The position numbers were made by a program, and so were the translations under genes. Source: a virus. Taken from it: a DNA stretch of 64,000 nucleotides. Below are positions 51,846-63,668 of this stretch, piece by piece (position 1 is the stretch's first letter; each line of letters begins with the position of its first letter). The notes beneath the pieces are model-generated. The model saw nothing but the letters and a program-made list of their open reading frames with translations. It was not told where the DNA came from and ran no database searches. Location of the stretch: IMG/VR virus record IMGVR_UViG_3300025009_000051, positions 96,001 to 160,000 of that record; one strand, written 5' to 3'.

Positions 51846-54800
51846 TTATTTTAAATTTTTAAGAAGTTCATGTAGATCTTCAATATAAATATCGACTGGT
51901 TCTTTCTTATTTATTTCTTCATAATTATCTTCTAATTGTTTTTTCTTTTTCTTATACTCTTCAGTAGTTTCTTTTGATAATGTATGAACAGGTAAATTTA
52001 ATAAATAATTGTATGAGTCATCTATCTTATCAAATTTAAACTTTTCTAATTGAGTTATGATTTCAGTTTTAGGTGTATCATTTATTTTAAGTTTGTTCTC
52101 GAAAATTTTTATAGAGAACAAGATCTTGTTAGATAATATTTTTATGTCCTTAGATATACTATCGAGTAAGAACGTCTTTCTTTTCGTTATATAAGGTAGT
52201 CTAAAATGTAAAAAATGAGTGATGATATCATAAATATTTTCAAACTGTTTTAATTTTCCAAATTCATCTAATACATTCAAATTTTCAGATTCATATGAAG
52301 TCAATTTTAATAATTTCATAATATCCTCTTTGGTAAAATCGGCTAAATCAGATCTTGAAAATTTAATTATGTATTCAATATTTTCTTTACTGTTATTTTC
52401 ATAATCTACAATTTTTCTTTTATCTATTAATTCATTCAAATATATTTCATAATCTTCAAACTCCCAATTTGGAGGAAGTTCTGTAATCTTAATTGTATTG
52501 GTATTTATCCTTTCATATGTTCCACTGAATATCCATCTTTTATTTGTTTCATCGAAAAAAGTATTTTCATTATTTGTAAAATCTGGATAATAGGGTTTAA
52601 TTATTTTATTTTTTATTTTCTTACCTTTTAAAATATCAATACAAATATTAATAATTTCTTGAGGATTTCTATTTAAAATATTTGTGGCAAATCCAACAGC
52701 AATACCAGAAGAACCATTTATTAATACCATTGGAATAATAGGTAGAAAATATTTTGGTTCTATTTCTACTCCCTCATCGAATGTAGGAGTTAATAAATTA
52801 TTATCTTTATAAAGATATTCGAAATTTGGTGAAATTTTTGTACTTACATATCTTGCAGCACCTGCTTCTCTATCTCTAAAAGAACCATATTGTCCAATAT
52901 CCAATAATAAAGGTAAATTATTTTTAAAGGTTTGTGCCATATTAATAATGGCTCCTTCTAAGCTTACATTTCCATGATGATAGTGTTGAGTGTCTGCAAT
53001 TCTACCTGCACATTGAAATACTTTAGTTTCTTTGGTTATTTTTCTTGCTTCATTTATAATTTTCCTTTGTGTTGGTTTAAATCCATCTATTGCACTTGGT
53101 ATTGCTCTTTGTTCAATCACATGATAAGCATATGACAAATATTCTTCATTTAAATATTGTGAAATAGTTTTTACATCTTTTGTATATAATATCTCTTCAA
53201 CTAAATTTTCTACAATTATTTTCTTTCTTAAATCTGTTTCTCTACCAAACCATATTTCCAATAATTCTTTTGAATTTTCGTCTAATTTAAATTGAATTAA
53301 TTTTGGAGATTGAATAATCTTTTTATACTCTTCATTTTCTAAAGCAGCTAACCCCTTTTTATAACTTATGTCCCATTTCTTTAATTCTGTTTCTTTTAAT
53401 TTATGTAACCAATGATTATATTCTGTTTCTGAATAAAATTCTAAAACTTCTTTATTGTGCTTTGCTACAACAACCGGAGTTAATATTCTAAATACTTTTC
53501 CTTGCTCATATAATTCTGGCCAAAAAGTGTAAAAGAAATTAATTAATAAACCTGCAATTGCGTCTCCGTCAGTATCAGAGTCACTCATGATTCGAATTTC
53601 ATTATATCTTAAATCTGTAGCTTTTTCTCCAATTTTTAATCCTACAGCCGCCATCAAATCTTTTAACTCTTTATTTTTATATACATCAAGAGATTCAATT
53701 TTCGAAACATTCTTAACCTTGCCTCTCAATGGAAATAAACCATGAATTTTATTATCCATATATTTTCTGGCGCCGCTTTTGGCCGAATCCCCTTCAGTAA
53801 TTAAAAGTATGCAACCAGATCTATCTGTATTTTTAGCATCTATTAATTTATCTACAATGACTTTATGAATTTTTCTATTTTCTATTCTTAAATCTCTTTC
53901 CTTTGCTTCTTCTTCTTTCTTTTTTGCCCAATCAATTATACTTGCACATATTTCACTATTAAATAATTTATTTAGAAATTTTTCACTTACAATATGTTCT
54001 GTTCCAAAATCAACTGGTTTAGTAGACAATTTTTGTTTTGTTTGACTTCCAAAAGCAGGATTGATAATTGTAGAATTAATAAATAAAAATAAATGTTGCT
54101 TAATACCATATGGAGTGATATTAACCTTATATTTCTTTTTTATTTTTTCTCTTAACCAATCTGTAATTTGATTTGCTATGTATTCTACATGCTCTCCGCC
54201 TTCTGGAACAGATAAACTATTTACAAAACTAATATGATTAAATCCTTTTGTTGACAATTTAATTGCTATCGACCAATCTTTACTTTCTTCAAATATTATA
54301 TCTTCGGCCGCACTTTCAAATAAATCACTAAATTCTTTAAATGATTTATATTGATATTTTTCTTTTACTCCGTCTACATCTAATACAATTTTTAATCCAG
54401 AATTACAGGCCGCGACATTAATAATTTTAAATCTTATCCAGTCAATTAAATCTTTATCTATAATTGTATAATCAAATCTTTTGTAATCGGGTGTGAACTT
54501 TATTTCTGTATAATGTTCTTTTGAATTTTCTATTTTAAAATCTTCAAATACAGATAAATTATCTCGATAGGTTCTTTGAAATTGTTTTTTTCCATCTGCA
54601 CTTTTTATTGTGAATTTTTTGGAGAAAATATTAGTTATACTACTACCTACTCCATTTCTACCTGCCACAATTCTATTTTCTGTATCATCAAAATTGCTAC
54701 CCGACCTTAATTTACTCACGATTAAATCTGGAATATATAGATTATATTCTGAGTGCATAATTATTGGAATTCCACCGTTGTCCCAAACTGATATTTCACC

Positions 54801-55067
54801 TGTCTTGGTGTTTAGCTTAACTTTAATAGCATCTATAACATTATTTCTTAAATGCTCGTCTACACTATTAGAAATAATTTCGTTGAATATTTGAAATAAT
54901 CCGGGAGAAGCATTAATTTGCGTTGAAACCAATTTATTATTTTTTAAGCTATAAATTTCAACTGCTTGCCTTGATGTAGATCCGATCATAATTTCGGGTC
55001 TTTTTAAAATATACTCTACTTCATCTTGAATCCATTGATATTTTTGTTCTAAAGTTTTTTGTTGCAT
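51846..55067 (-). CDS. Type IIA DNA topoisomerase, B (ATPase/TOPRIM) and A subunits in one polypeptide
   Basis: EIISNSVDE, GRNGVG, TEGDSA, PLRGK, MSDSDTDG; then RAIPSAIDGFKPTQRK, YHHG and catalytic AARY. Confidence 0.93.
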   Translation of the reverse strand: MQQKTLEQKYQWIQDEVEYILKRPEIMIGSTSRQAVEIYSLKNNKLVSTQINASPGLFQIFNEIISNSVDEHLRNNVIDAIKVKLNTKTGEISVWDNGGIPIIMHSEYNLYIPDLIVSKLRSGSNFDDTENRIVAGRNGVGSSITNIFSKKFTIKSADGKKQFQRTYRDNLSVFEDFKIENSKEHYTEIKFTPDYKRFDYTIIDKDLIDWIRFKIINVAACNSGLKIVLDVDGVKEKYQYKSFKEFSDLFESAAEDIIFEESKDWSIAIKLSTKGFNHISFVNSLSVPEGGEHVEYIANQITDWLREKIKKKYKVNITPYGIKQHLFLFINSTIINPAFGSQTKQKLSTKPVDFGTEHIVSEKFLNKLFNSEICASIIDWAKKKEEEAKERDLRIENRKIHKVIVDKLIDAKNTDRSGCILLITEGDSAKSGARKYMDNKIHGLFPLRGKVKNVSKIESLDVYKNKELKDLMAAVGLKIGEKATDLRYNEIRIMSDSDTDGDAIAGLLINFFYTFWPELYEQGKVFRILTPVVVAKHNKEVLEFYSETEYNHWLHKLKETELKKWDISYKKGLAALENEEYKKIIQSPKLIQFKLDENSKELLEIWFGRETDLRKKIIVENLVEEILYTKDVKTISQYLNEEYLSYAYHVIEQRAIPSAIDGFKPTQRKIINEARKITKETKVFQCAGRIADTQHYHHGNVSLEGAIINMAQTFKNNLPLLLDIGQYGSFRDREAGAARYVSTKISPNFEYLYKDNNLLTPTFDEGVEIEPKYFLPIIPMVLINGSSGIAVGFATNILNRNPQEIINICIDILKGKKIKNKIIKPYYPDFTNNENTFFDETNKRWIFSGTYERINTNTIKITELPPNWEFEDYEIYLNELIDKRKIVDYENNSKENIEYIIKFSRSDLADFTKEDIMKLLKLTSYESENLNVLDEFGKLKQFENIYDIITHFLHFRLPYITKRKTFLLDSISKDIKILSNKILFSIKIFENKLKINDTPKTEIITQLEKFKFDKIDDSYNYLLNLPVHTLSKETTEEYKKKKKQLEDNYEEINKKEPVDIYIEDLHELLKNLK

Positions 55068-55170
55068 AAAAATTTATTTTAAGAATTATAATAATAATAA
55101 CTATAATAACAAAATTTTTCTATTTTTATTTTTGTTTGTTATATTTATAAATACACATTAAAAACAAAAT

Positions 55171-55311
55171 ATGAAAACAAAACAAAATATTCAATTAACA
55201 TTAGATATTGAATTAATAGATTGGTTAAAACAAAATTGCATAAAAAAATCAGAATTAGTAAATAAATTATTATTAGAATATAAAAAAAATAAAGAGCATG
55301 CTAAAATTTAA
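55171..55311 (+). CDS. Small ribbon-helix-helix-like protein (46 aa), not in the ORF track
   Basis: IQLTLDIELIDWLKQNCIKKSELVNKLL; late-type promoter at 55141. Confidence 0.55.
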   Translation: MKTKQNIQLTLDIELIDWLKQNCIKKSELVNKLLLEYKKNKEHAKI

Positions 55312-56419
55312 TACTAAATATTATTGTGTATGTGGATTTTCACATAAAAGTAAATTATCTTTAGGTCAACACAGAAGCAGATGTGAAATATTTAAAAATT
55401 ATCTTTTATCAATATCAAATGAAATTGTTTTTGAAAAATATCTAAAACAAGGAATAGCAATCTCCAGGTTGGCACAAGAATATCAAATTGATAGAAGTAT
55501 AATAGAAAAAATAATTAAACAACATAAAATTCCAATTAGAACAGGAAAAGAATCTCAAAATTTGAATTCTGTAAAACAAAAAAGAATAAATACTCAATTA
55601 GCAAAGTTCGGTGTAGAAAATTGCATGCAAAATAAAGACATTTATAAAAAATTTAAAGAAACATGCATTAAAAAATATGGTGTAGAATATCCAATGCAAT
55701 CAAACGAAATAAAAGAAAAATTAAAAAAAATAATATTATAAAAATATGGTGTAGAAAATACATTTCAAAATGAATTAATAAAAGAAAAATCGAAAAAAAC
55801 AATGTTAGAAAAATATGGAGTAGACCATAATACAAAATTTTTAAATTGGGAAGAAAACACAAAAAAAAGAAATTTAAAAAAATATGGTTGTGAATGGCCA
55901 ATGCAATCACAAATAATAAAAAATAAAGCTAAACAAACAAAAAAAGAAATATATGGAAATGAATATTATACCAATCCTACTAAAGCATTAAAAACAAAAA
56001 TAAAAAATAATATAACTCAAAATAAATCATACATTCCATCAATATATTCTCAAAATTTATTTTGGAAAATTTATGAGCAATTAGAAAATAAAGAACACAT
56101 TTATTTTGCCAAATTAAATAAAGAATTTGGAAAATATAATTCAATAAATAATAAATATTATTTTTATGATTTTGTAGATACAAAAAATAAAAAGATAATT
56201 GAATTTAATGGAGATTATTGGCATATGAATCCAAATAAATTTAAATCTGCAGATATACATCCAACTTCAAAATTATTAGCAGAAGAAATATGGTATAAAG
56301 ATCAACAAAAAATAAATTTTATTACATCAATTGGTTTTAAAGTTTTAATTATTTGGGAGGCAGAAGCTAAACAAAATGAAAGTATAATTATTAATAAGTG
56401 CATTAATTTTTTAAAATAA
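55298..56419 (+). pseudogene. Homing endonuclease (KYGV repeats plus Vsr/PD-(D/E)XK domain) split by an in-frame TAA at 55739-55741
   Basis: ORFs 55298-55741 and 55802-56419 are in the same frame and the linker reads IIL*KYGVENT; C-terminus has YDF...IIEFNGDYWH...GFKVLIIWE. Confidence 0.75.
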
Positions 56420-56422
56420 AAT

Positions 56423-56454
56423 AGGGATTACACCCATATTTGATATAATCCCTC
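56423..56454. terminator. Hairpin between convergent genes
   Basis: AGGGATTA/TAATCCCT inverted repeat. Confidence 0.45.
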
Positions 56455-56497
56455 TAAAAAACCTACACATATGTAATATATAATTAATAATTATTTT

Positions 56498-56884
56498 TTA
56501 ATTTATATTAATCTCTATTTCTTTAAACTCTTCTTTTTTAATTAAATTAACATATAAAATTCCATTATCATATTTGGAGTTTATTCTTGTAGAGTCTATG
56601 TCGTCTGGTAGTTTAAATGATATATCTATTTCTTCAGGACTAAATTGTTTTCTTATAAAATTAATTTTACTTTTTTCTTCTTTTTTATTTTTAGTTTTTA
56701 TTGACAATATATCCTTATTTACTTTTAATGATATATCTGTTTCATCTCTACTTATTCCAGGCAATGCAACTTGTAATTGATATTCATCTTCTTTTTCAAT
56801 TACATTATATTTTGTAGAATTAACTTTTGATTCCCATAATGAATCAAATAAATTTGTGTTAAAAAAATAACTGCTGTTATACAT
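56498..56884 (-). CDS. Small heat-shock protein (Hsp20)
   Basis: YQLQVALPGISRD, FKLPDDID...SKYDNGILYVNL. Confidence 0.85.
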   Translation of the reverse strand: MYNSSYFFNTNLFDSLWESKVNSTKYNVIEKEDEYQLQVALPGISRDETDISLKVNKDILSIKTKNKKEEKSKINFIRKQFSPEEIDISFKLPDDIDSTRINSKYDNGILYVNLIKKEEFKEIEININ

Positions 56885-57002
56885 AATTTTTAGATTTAAA
56901 GGTTAATAATTTATTCTATCAATTATGTATATAACAAAAAAAATACAATTTGTTATTTTGAATAAAATTTTATATACTTTCTATATATTCTAATTAAATT
57001 TT

Positions 57003-57314
57003 ATGAAACGATTATATACCTTTAAATTTGATACAGAAATAAATGATTGGTTAGAGTCACAGTCTAAATCTAATCATATGTCTAAAACTCAATATCTTGT
57101 CAATTTAATTTTAGAAGATAAAGAATTACAAGAAAAAACACCTAAGACAAATCTAAATTGGGATAATAATATTTCCGATCATATTCTTTATGTTCTGAAT
57201 AATAGTAGGAATTTAATTGATTGTGCAAATAAATTAAGAATATCAAATTATGAATTATCAAAATATATTGAACAATACAATATTAAAAAGAAAGAAGGAA
57301 TTTATCTAATATAA
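57003..57314 (+). CDS. Putative DNA-binding protein (RHH-like N-terminus, HTH-like C-terminus)
   Basis: YTFKFDTEINDWLESQSKSNHMSKTQYLVNLI. Confidence 0.5.
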   Translation: MKRLYTFKFDTEINDWLESQSKSNHMSKTQYLVNLILEDKELQEKTPKTNLNWDNNISDHILYVLNNSRNLIDCANKLRISNYELSKYIEQYNIKKKEGIYLI

Positions 57315-58311
57315 TTTATTTAGCTCAATTAAAATCTCTTCCATTTCTAAATCATTTAATTTTCTACCTGGTTGAAATCCTATTACTTTTATTATAATAT
57401 TTATATTTTCAGAAATAGAGACAGCATTTAAAATTTTAAAAACAAAATTTTCTTTTAATTTATTTAAATATCCTTCTACTTCTACCGGAGTCATTGTTTT
57501 ACAAATATATTTTTCCATTTTTTTATTTTTTATAGCAGCTCTGCCGCCTCGTTAATTAATTGTTCAAAATATTTTTGAAATTTTTCTTTTTCTTCAATTG
57601 TCTTAAAACATAAAAATTCGACCGCTCTGCTACTGTTAGGTTGTTTAATACAATAACCTTTTCTACTTTGAGTGTAATGATAACCATCATAATGATCTCT
57701 TAATAGTTCAAGTTTTCTAAGAGCTTTATATTTATCTGGGATTATTCGATACAGCCAATCTTGTTGAAGATTACATCTCTTCTCTAATTCTTCCCAAGAT
57801 TTACATTTTTGATTTTCAAAGTCTATGTCAGAAAATAACTCTATTAAAATTTTTTTAGTTTCTTCATGTCTTGCAGAAAGGTATAGATCCACAATTCTTT
57901 CTTCATTAATTTTTTGTGATAACTTCATATTTTTTAAATTAAAATTTATTATTATGTTTTATTTGATAACATTGAAATTCCAGTAAGCAGTCCAATAAAC
58001 AATAAAGGAAATCCCCAATTTAGAAAATGAATATCATTTCCTACAAACCCACCTAAAATCATACATGCCCCAGCAATACCCGAAACAATTTGAAAAAATC
58101 CCATTAGATTTAAAAACTTTATATATTCTTCTGCATCATCCGCCCAATACAATATTAATGAAAGCAATGTTAAACCATAAAAGATTAGTGGTAATAAAGA
58201 ATAACCAATTTGTGGTACATCTTGTTTTACAAATCCATCGACGACAAATAGAAGTGAAGTCACAACGATTAATAAATTAATTCCTGCCATTATGCCCAAT
58301 AGTGTTTTCAT
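57306..58311 (-). CDS. Three hypothetical ORFs: 57306-57518, 57530-57928, 57952-58311 (membrane)
   Basis: Co-oriented ORFs. Confidence 0.6.
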
Positions 58312-58314
58312 ACT

Positions 58315-58770
58315 TTAATTTTTTAAGTTTTTAATAAAATAATATAAATCATTTAAAATGTTTTCTAATTTGTGTGCTTCTTCTTGTGATATTTCATTAA
58401 AAGTTACTAAATTACTTATGATTTCTGAAATATCACAAGTATGAGTCGGACTATTAATATCATTTGTAGTCTGCCAAAAATTAGCTTGAGATTCAATTAA
58501 TTTAGCTATTGCAATTTGTTTTCTATTTGGTTTATGTGTATCAGCTAAAATATCGGAAATAATAAATTCTATTGCTTTTTCTGATAAATTTGTAATAGAT
58601 ATAATTTTTGATATTGTAGAAAATATCTCTTTACTGTCGACCGTGGTATGTAAAGTTGCTAAATAATTTGCGGCTATTTCAAATGCTTTTGCAATTTCTA
58701 ATTTTCTATATTCTGGAATATCTTCTAATAATCCAGTTTGACTCCATTTTTTAATTAATTTTTCATTCAT
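58315..58770 (-). CDS. Hypothetical protein whose N-terminus resembles the major capsid protein N-terminus
   Basis: LIKKWSQTGLLEDI versus capsid LVNKWGKTGLLEGL. Confidence 0.6.
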   Translation of the reverse strand: MNEKLIKKWSQTGLLEDIPEYRKLEIAKAFEIAANYLATLHTTVDSKEIFSTISKIISITNLSEKAIEFIISDILADTHKPNRKQIAIAKLIESQANFWQTTNDINSPTHTCDISEIISNLVTFNEISQEEAHKLENILNDLYYFIKNLKN

Positions 58771-59219
58771 TGGTTTTGTCTTAATAAATTAATAGCTATA
58801 TCAGAGTTAATAATTTCTTTTTTATATCTACTAGATTTTTTTTGTGTTTGTAATCTAGAAGATATTCTTTCAAATAAAATATTTCTAATTCTTTCAATTT
58901 CAATATTTGTTGGATTCCAATCTTTAAAATGATACTCTTTCCAGACAGTAGAATTAAATGTAGATATCACATTAAATCCTCTTTTCAATGCTTCATATTT
59001 TAATTGTTCAAATCTATTAGAAAGATATTTTCCTCTTTTATAAAAGAATTTTACATGACCAGAATTAAGAGTAAATTGTTCTGGAATGTTATTTATTCCA
59101 TTCTTACTGGTTAAAGATTTTCTGTAAGATCCGCATAGCTGATTTATTTCTTTTATCTCAGCTATCAAATGTGCATCTGTTAAATTTTCAGGTGGAATAA
59201 ACGCATTTATTCGAGTCAT
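58767..59219 (-). CDS. denV: Pyrimidine-dimer DNA glycosylase (T4 endonuclease V-like)
   Basis: MTRIN...LTDAHLIAE...FTLNSGHVKFFY. Confidence 0.9.
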   Translation of the reverse strand: MTRINAFIPPENLTDAHLIAEIKEINQLCGSYRKSLTSKNGINNIPEQFTLNSGHVKFFYKRGKYLSNRFEQLKYEALKRGFNVISTFNSTVWKEYHFKDWNPTNIEIERIRNILFERISSRLQTQKKSSRYKKEIINSDIAINLLRQNQ

Positions 59220-59438
59220 AACTTATTTTTTTTTAAATCTACTACAAAGTTAAATAAATAAAATGAAATAAACAATTATTTTTTCTTATTTACTATATCT
59301 TTTCTTGAGTATAGCATAGATAAAAACAAAGCGATTATAGCAACTAATATCCTCATCCAAATTTCAAAATCTTTATCATTTTCAATATCCCACGCAACGA
59401 CAAGAAAAACTAAAAACCAAAAGTATTTCATAACAATT

Positions 59439-60553
59439 TTATTTTAAGATGTGTGAATACATCAATTCAAAAACAGTAAAATAGACAGTCAAATAAATTG
59501 AGAAATTCCAATACCATTCGATATTTAAAATCATTAAATTCATATCAACATAAAATGGTAATATAAAAATTAATCCCATACTCATAATTATTAACATCTT
59601 ACAAAAATGATAAATGTCAGTTAAGAATACCAAAAAAGTTGTACTTCCAATAAATTTTGGACCTTGAATAGGATCTCCATTTTTATATTTATTTTTCCAA
59701 CTATCTGGATAGAACCATTTATACCATTTAGATTCTTTTGGTAGGGTAGAAAAAATTGATATTGAGAAATGAAATTGTTTTGTTTCCATGACTGCAAAAG
59801 AAACGGAAATTAATATTGTCAGAAAAAGTATTATCATATTTTTGATCTCCAATTAGTTGAATTTGTTTTAAGTTTTCTAATGTTATTTAAATCGTATGGT
59901 TTTCTTTCTTCATACTGATGCATCTTTAGTCGGTTAATTTTTAATTCTTCTTTTACTCTCTGAAGTTCTTGCTTAAATTCTTCAAATCGCTTATCTAATT
60001 CTTTCGTTAAATCTTTATAATCCATAAAATTTTTATTTAATGTATAAATTTTCAATAATATCTTTAGCTTCTTCTAAAGCCACATCTACATCAATACCTA
60101 AATTTTTATAAAAGTTTTTACTTCTTTCAGAAACTAACCCTTCATATGCTATTTGTAATATTCTTTGATCTTCTTTATCTATATGTAACTTAAATCCTTT
60201 AAATATTTTTAAAGCTTCTTTTATCTTTCCTGAATTATATAGATTGATTGCTTGTTGAGTCTTTGTATCTGGCATATTTTTTTAAAATAAATATAAATAA
60301 AGTACAAAATTTACTTTTCTAATTCTTCAACCAATAATTCATGTATCGTTGTACCATTACTTAAAGTATAATTTTCATCAAAAATTGAATAATCAATGAT
60401 TATTGAAGTATCCTTTAATATGATCACTGTATCTCCAAGATGTTGCCGCATAGCTAAATCTGCAGAATCAATTATTTTATCCAATTTGTTTAAATCGCCA
60501 ATACATCCAGAAAATAATATGACAGCAAGAATTACTAAGATTATTTTTTTCAT
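59439..60553 (-). CDS. Four ORFs: 59439-59852 (membrane), 59834-60025, 60033-60275, 60311-60553 (lipoprotein, FSGC)
   Basis: ORF track; lipobox in the last. Confidence 0.6.
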
Positions 60554-60564
60554 ATTTTTATTTT

Positions 60565-60927
60565 TTATTTACCACAACAATTTTTATATTTTTTACCGCT
60601 ACCACAAGGGCAACTCATATTTCTACCTATTTTAGGATCTTTTTTTGAATTTCTTATAGGTAATATCTCAGCATTTTTTTCTTTATTGGTTAATTCCATA
60701 TATTGTATATCTTCTATATGAGCCATTACTTCCGGTGAAATTGGATTTTTATAAAGATAAGTCAAATCATCTTTAGGAAATAAATAAGTTAGTTCATCTG
60801 TATTTTCTTTATTGATAAAAACTACATTTTCATGATCGTGTAAGATCTCAATAGCTTTTTTAGATATTTCTTCTTTCATATTATTATTTCCAATGACAAT
60901 TATTTTTTTCTTGTTTTTATCTTCCAT
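60565..60927 (-). CDS. SEC-C motif protein
   Basis: [20 protein letters not shown]. Confidence 0.8.
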   Translation of the reverse strand: MEDKNKKKIIVIGNNNMKEEISKKAIEILHDHENVVFINKENTDELTYLFPKDDLTYLYKNPISPEVMAHIEDIQYMELTNKEKNAEILPIRNSKKDPKIGRNMSCPCGSGKKYKNCCGK

Positions 60928-60934
60928 AATTTTT

Positions 60935-62956
60935 TTATTTGTAATTAATTAATTTTTTAAAATCATTTATTTCAATACAAATAATTCCCATTTTAGTAGC
61001 TTTAACTTCTTTTGAACTTCCACTACCAATTTGTTTCATTATTAAATGTGTTACATTTTTATTTATTCCATCAGAAACAATTCCACCGTTTTCTACAATG
61101 AAATTTTCTAATCCTTTATCTCGAATTCCTGTAAAAACGGTATTATATGATTTTAATGAATCTGATAATATTTCTTGTTTCTTTTCTTCTTCTTTAAATT
61201 TTATATGTTTTAAAATTGATTGTTCAAATTCGTCATATAATTTAATATTATCATAATAATCAAATGCTAATTCTGCACCTATTCCAGGAATTAATAAAAA
61301 ATTATGATGAAATTGTGGATTATCTAAAATCAATTTTAATTGTTTACTTCCCAATTTTTTAAAACAAGAACTCGCGTGCATTAATTTAGCTTTATCACAA
61401 TTTTGTAATTTAGAATGAATGTTGGTATAAACAATTTCGGCTTTTCTTTCTCCAAATCTTTCTAACTTTAATAAATCCTCTTTAGTCAAATCTAATATTT
61501 TTTGAATTGAATTATATCCATTTTCAATAAATAATTTTATTGTGGGTTCACCTAATTCATCTACAGATAAAATATTAAAGAATGCAAATATTTTTTGTAT
61601 TACTTGTTCAAAACAATTTGGATTTTTACAAACCAGATTTACATAATTATCATCCCAATCTAGATCTCCTCCACAAGCTGGACAATACATATTTAAAGAT
61701 TTATCTTGACTCTCCATTTCTCGAATTTCCATTAAATCTTCTTTGGCTTTTTGATACTCTTTTGAATTATTGAACATATACACAAATGGAATTGGATGAT
61801 TATTAACTGCAATTATTTTTGGAATAACTCCTCCACTTCTTATAATTGTGATTTTTTCTCCTTCGAATAATTTAAATTTATCAATATAACTTGCATTGTT
61901 TAATGTTACACTTGAAATATTTACTCCTTCAATATTGACCGGTTTAATTTTTGCGACATAACTCATATCACCAAATTTACCTATTGATTCAAGTATTGAT
62001 TTAATTTCTGTTTCTGCTCTTACTTCAAAATTACCTTTATATGCTCTTGCATAATTTGGATTCTGTGAGGATTTATTTCTTCCAATTTTAGCTCTTAATT
62101 CTTTATCATTTACTTCAATGACTAATCCATCAATTTCATAATCTGTCTTCCAATTATTATAAAGATTCAATAAAAATTCTTCATTAAGATCTTTAAAATA
62201 ACTTAAACCATACGGTACTTTATAAATATTAAGTGTATTACAATATTCAATTTGGACCGCTTTGTCTTCTTCTATTCCATTTATCACTGCTCCAAACATT
62301 ATATAATCTGCATATTTTAATTCTTCTAGAATGTCATCTGCATTTATTAACCCAGAAACAGAATTTCGTGCATTTGAAGGTTCTTCTTTTCCTTTTTTGA
62401 TTTGTTCTTGTTTAAATATCTCAAAATTCTTTCTTGATATTATGCATTCTCCAATGAGATATACATCTTCTGTTTCTGATTTATTTAAGTTATGATTAAT
62501 CAATTTAAAATGTTCCTTAGAATTTCTTCCATAATCTTTATCTCCTCTTGTCCATACATTCAGTATTTTCTTTTCGTTTAACAATGCAAGGCCATCTAAT
62601 TTTGGAGAAATACAAAGTAAAGTATTTTCAGGAATGCCTTGAAGTCTCATCCAATTTTTTATTTCAATTAAAGATTTAACTTTAGTCATTGAAGCCATTA
62701 CAATCGGAAGCTTTTCTTTTCTTGGATCATTATCATCCATTTCAAAACCAACTTTGTTTAATAAACTTGATTCAGGATAATTTTCTTCTAAATATTCCAC
62801 GATTGTATCATAAACAAAATCAGAAACAATAGCGTTTGATAATCTATATTCCTGATTCATTTTTGATATTAACTCTTCCAATTCTTTTTGTGATAAAGAA
62901 GAAATAATATTTACTATTTCGTCTTTTGTAGTGGTAATTTTTAATTTATTTATCAT
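60935..62956 (-). CDS. ligA: NAD+-dependent DNA ligase
   Basis: SPKLDG, RNSVSG, EIDGLVI, AYK, C4 zinc finger, C-terminal BRCT (VFTG...GG). Confidence 0.93.
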   Translation of the reverse strand: MINKLKITTTKDEIVNIISSLSQKELEELISKMNQEYRLSNAIVSDFVYDTIVEYLEENYPESSLLNKVGFEMDDNDPRKEKLPIVMASMTKVKSLIEIKNWMRLQGIPENTLLCISPKLDGLALLNEKKILNVWTRGDKDYGRNSKEHFKLINHNLNKSETEDVYLIGECIISRKNFEIFKQEQIKKGKEEPSNARNSVSGLINADDILEELKYADYIMFGAVINGIEEDKAVQIEYCNTLNIYKVPYGLSYFKDLNEEFLLNLYNNWKTDYEIDGLVIEVNDKELRAKIGRNKSSQNPNYARAYKGNFEVRAETEIKSILESIGKFGDMSYVAKIKPVNIEGVNISSVTLNNASYIDKFKLFEGEKITIIRSGGVIPKIIAVNNHPIPFVYMFNNSKEYQKAKEDLMEIREMESQDKSLNMYCPACGGDLDWDDNYVNLVCKNPNCFEQVIQKIFAFFNILSVDELGEPTIKLFIENGYNSIQKILDLTKEDLLKLERFGERKAEIVYTNIHSKLQNCDKAKLMHASSCFKKLGSKQLKLILDNPQFHHNFLLIPGIGAELAFDYYDNIKLYDEFEQSILKHIKFKEEEKKQEILSDSLKSYNTVFTGIRDKGLENFIVENGGIVSDGINKNVTHLIMKQIGSGSSKEVKATKMGIICIEINDFKKLINYK

Positions 62957-63046
62957 ATTCTTTTTATTTTCTATATACAAATATACAGTTATTAAATGAA
63001 GTAAACAAATTTATTTTAATTCAAATTTTTCTTTTTTAATACTTAA

Positions 63047-63217
63047 ATTCCAAGTGAAGAAGGATATATTTTAGATGGACATCATAGAATGGGGCAAGCT
63101 ATTTTAGCTAATCCAAAATTAAAAATAAATTCTTTATGGATTCCTTTAGATATAGAAACTTTAATACTTATTGGAAGAACATATGGAAACGCAATTGGAA
63201 ATGAACAAAGAAAATAA
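63047..63217 (+). pseudogene. Start-less C-terminal fragment of a ParB/Srx-like protein
   Basis: Frame reads IPSEEGYILDGHHRMGQAILANP...; preceded by an in-frame TAA and no start codon before the motif. Confidence 0.5.
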
Positions 63218-63218
63218 A

Positions 63219-63668
63219 TTAAAAATTGAATAATCTTAAAGTTCCTTCATTTGCTTGTCTACAATGATTAATTACCTGTTTACATTGTTCAACATTAAAG
63301 AAACCTATATGACATTCTTCTATAGGAATATTCATTTTTTCTGATAACCATTTATAAGTTTCATTTCTAATAGTATTCTTTTTTTCTAAAGGATTTTTAT
63401 CTAACTTTTTCTGCCAAATAGGATCAAAATAAAAATGAGCTCTTTTCTTCCAATATCTTAAATTTTTATTTGCCATTCTACCTAAAGGATAATTTGTTCC
63501 TTTATGCACTCCAACAGAAGCATCACATAATGGATAATTATTGCATAGATACATCATCCCATAAGATTTTCTGAATATCTTGATACTATCTATATAAATT
63601 ACAGAAGAACCACAATATGGACAAGATTCTACAAATTTTAAATTATTTTTGTGAACTTCTAAATTCAT
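63219..63668 (-). CDS. Zinc-finger protein (DUF3268-like)
   Basis: CPYCG...MYLC...CDASVGVH...PLGRMAN...H..FDPIW. Confidence 0.75.
   Translation of the reverse strand: MNLEVHKNNLKFVESCPYCGSSVIYIDSIKIFRKSYGMMYLCNNYPLCDASVGVHKGTNYPLGRMANKNLRYWKKRAHFYFDPIWQKKLDKNPLEKKNTIRNETYKWLSEKMNIPIEECHIGFFNVEQCKQVINHCRQANEGTLRLFNF

Noticed and set aside
55721-55741. Programmed -1 frameshift at the A8 run joining the two endonuclease ORFs
   Set aside because: Codon counting shows both ORFs share one frame; the break is an in-frame TAA
57950-57960. 11-nt match to the copy B guide preceded by TTTAT
   Set aside because: About one such match is expected by chance in AT-rich DNA of this size, and it does not extend
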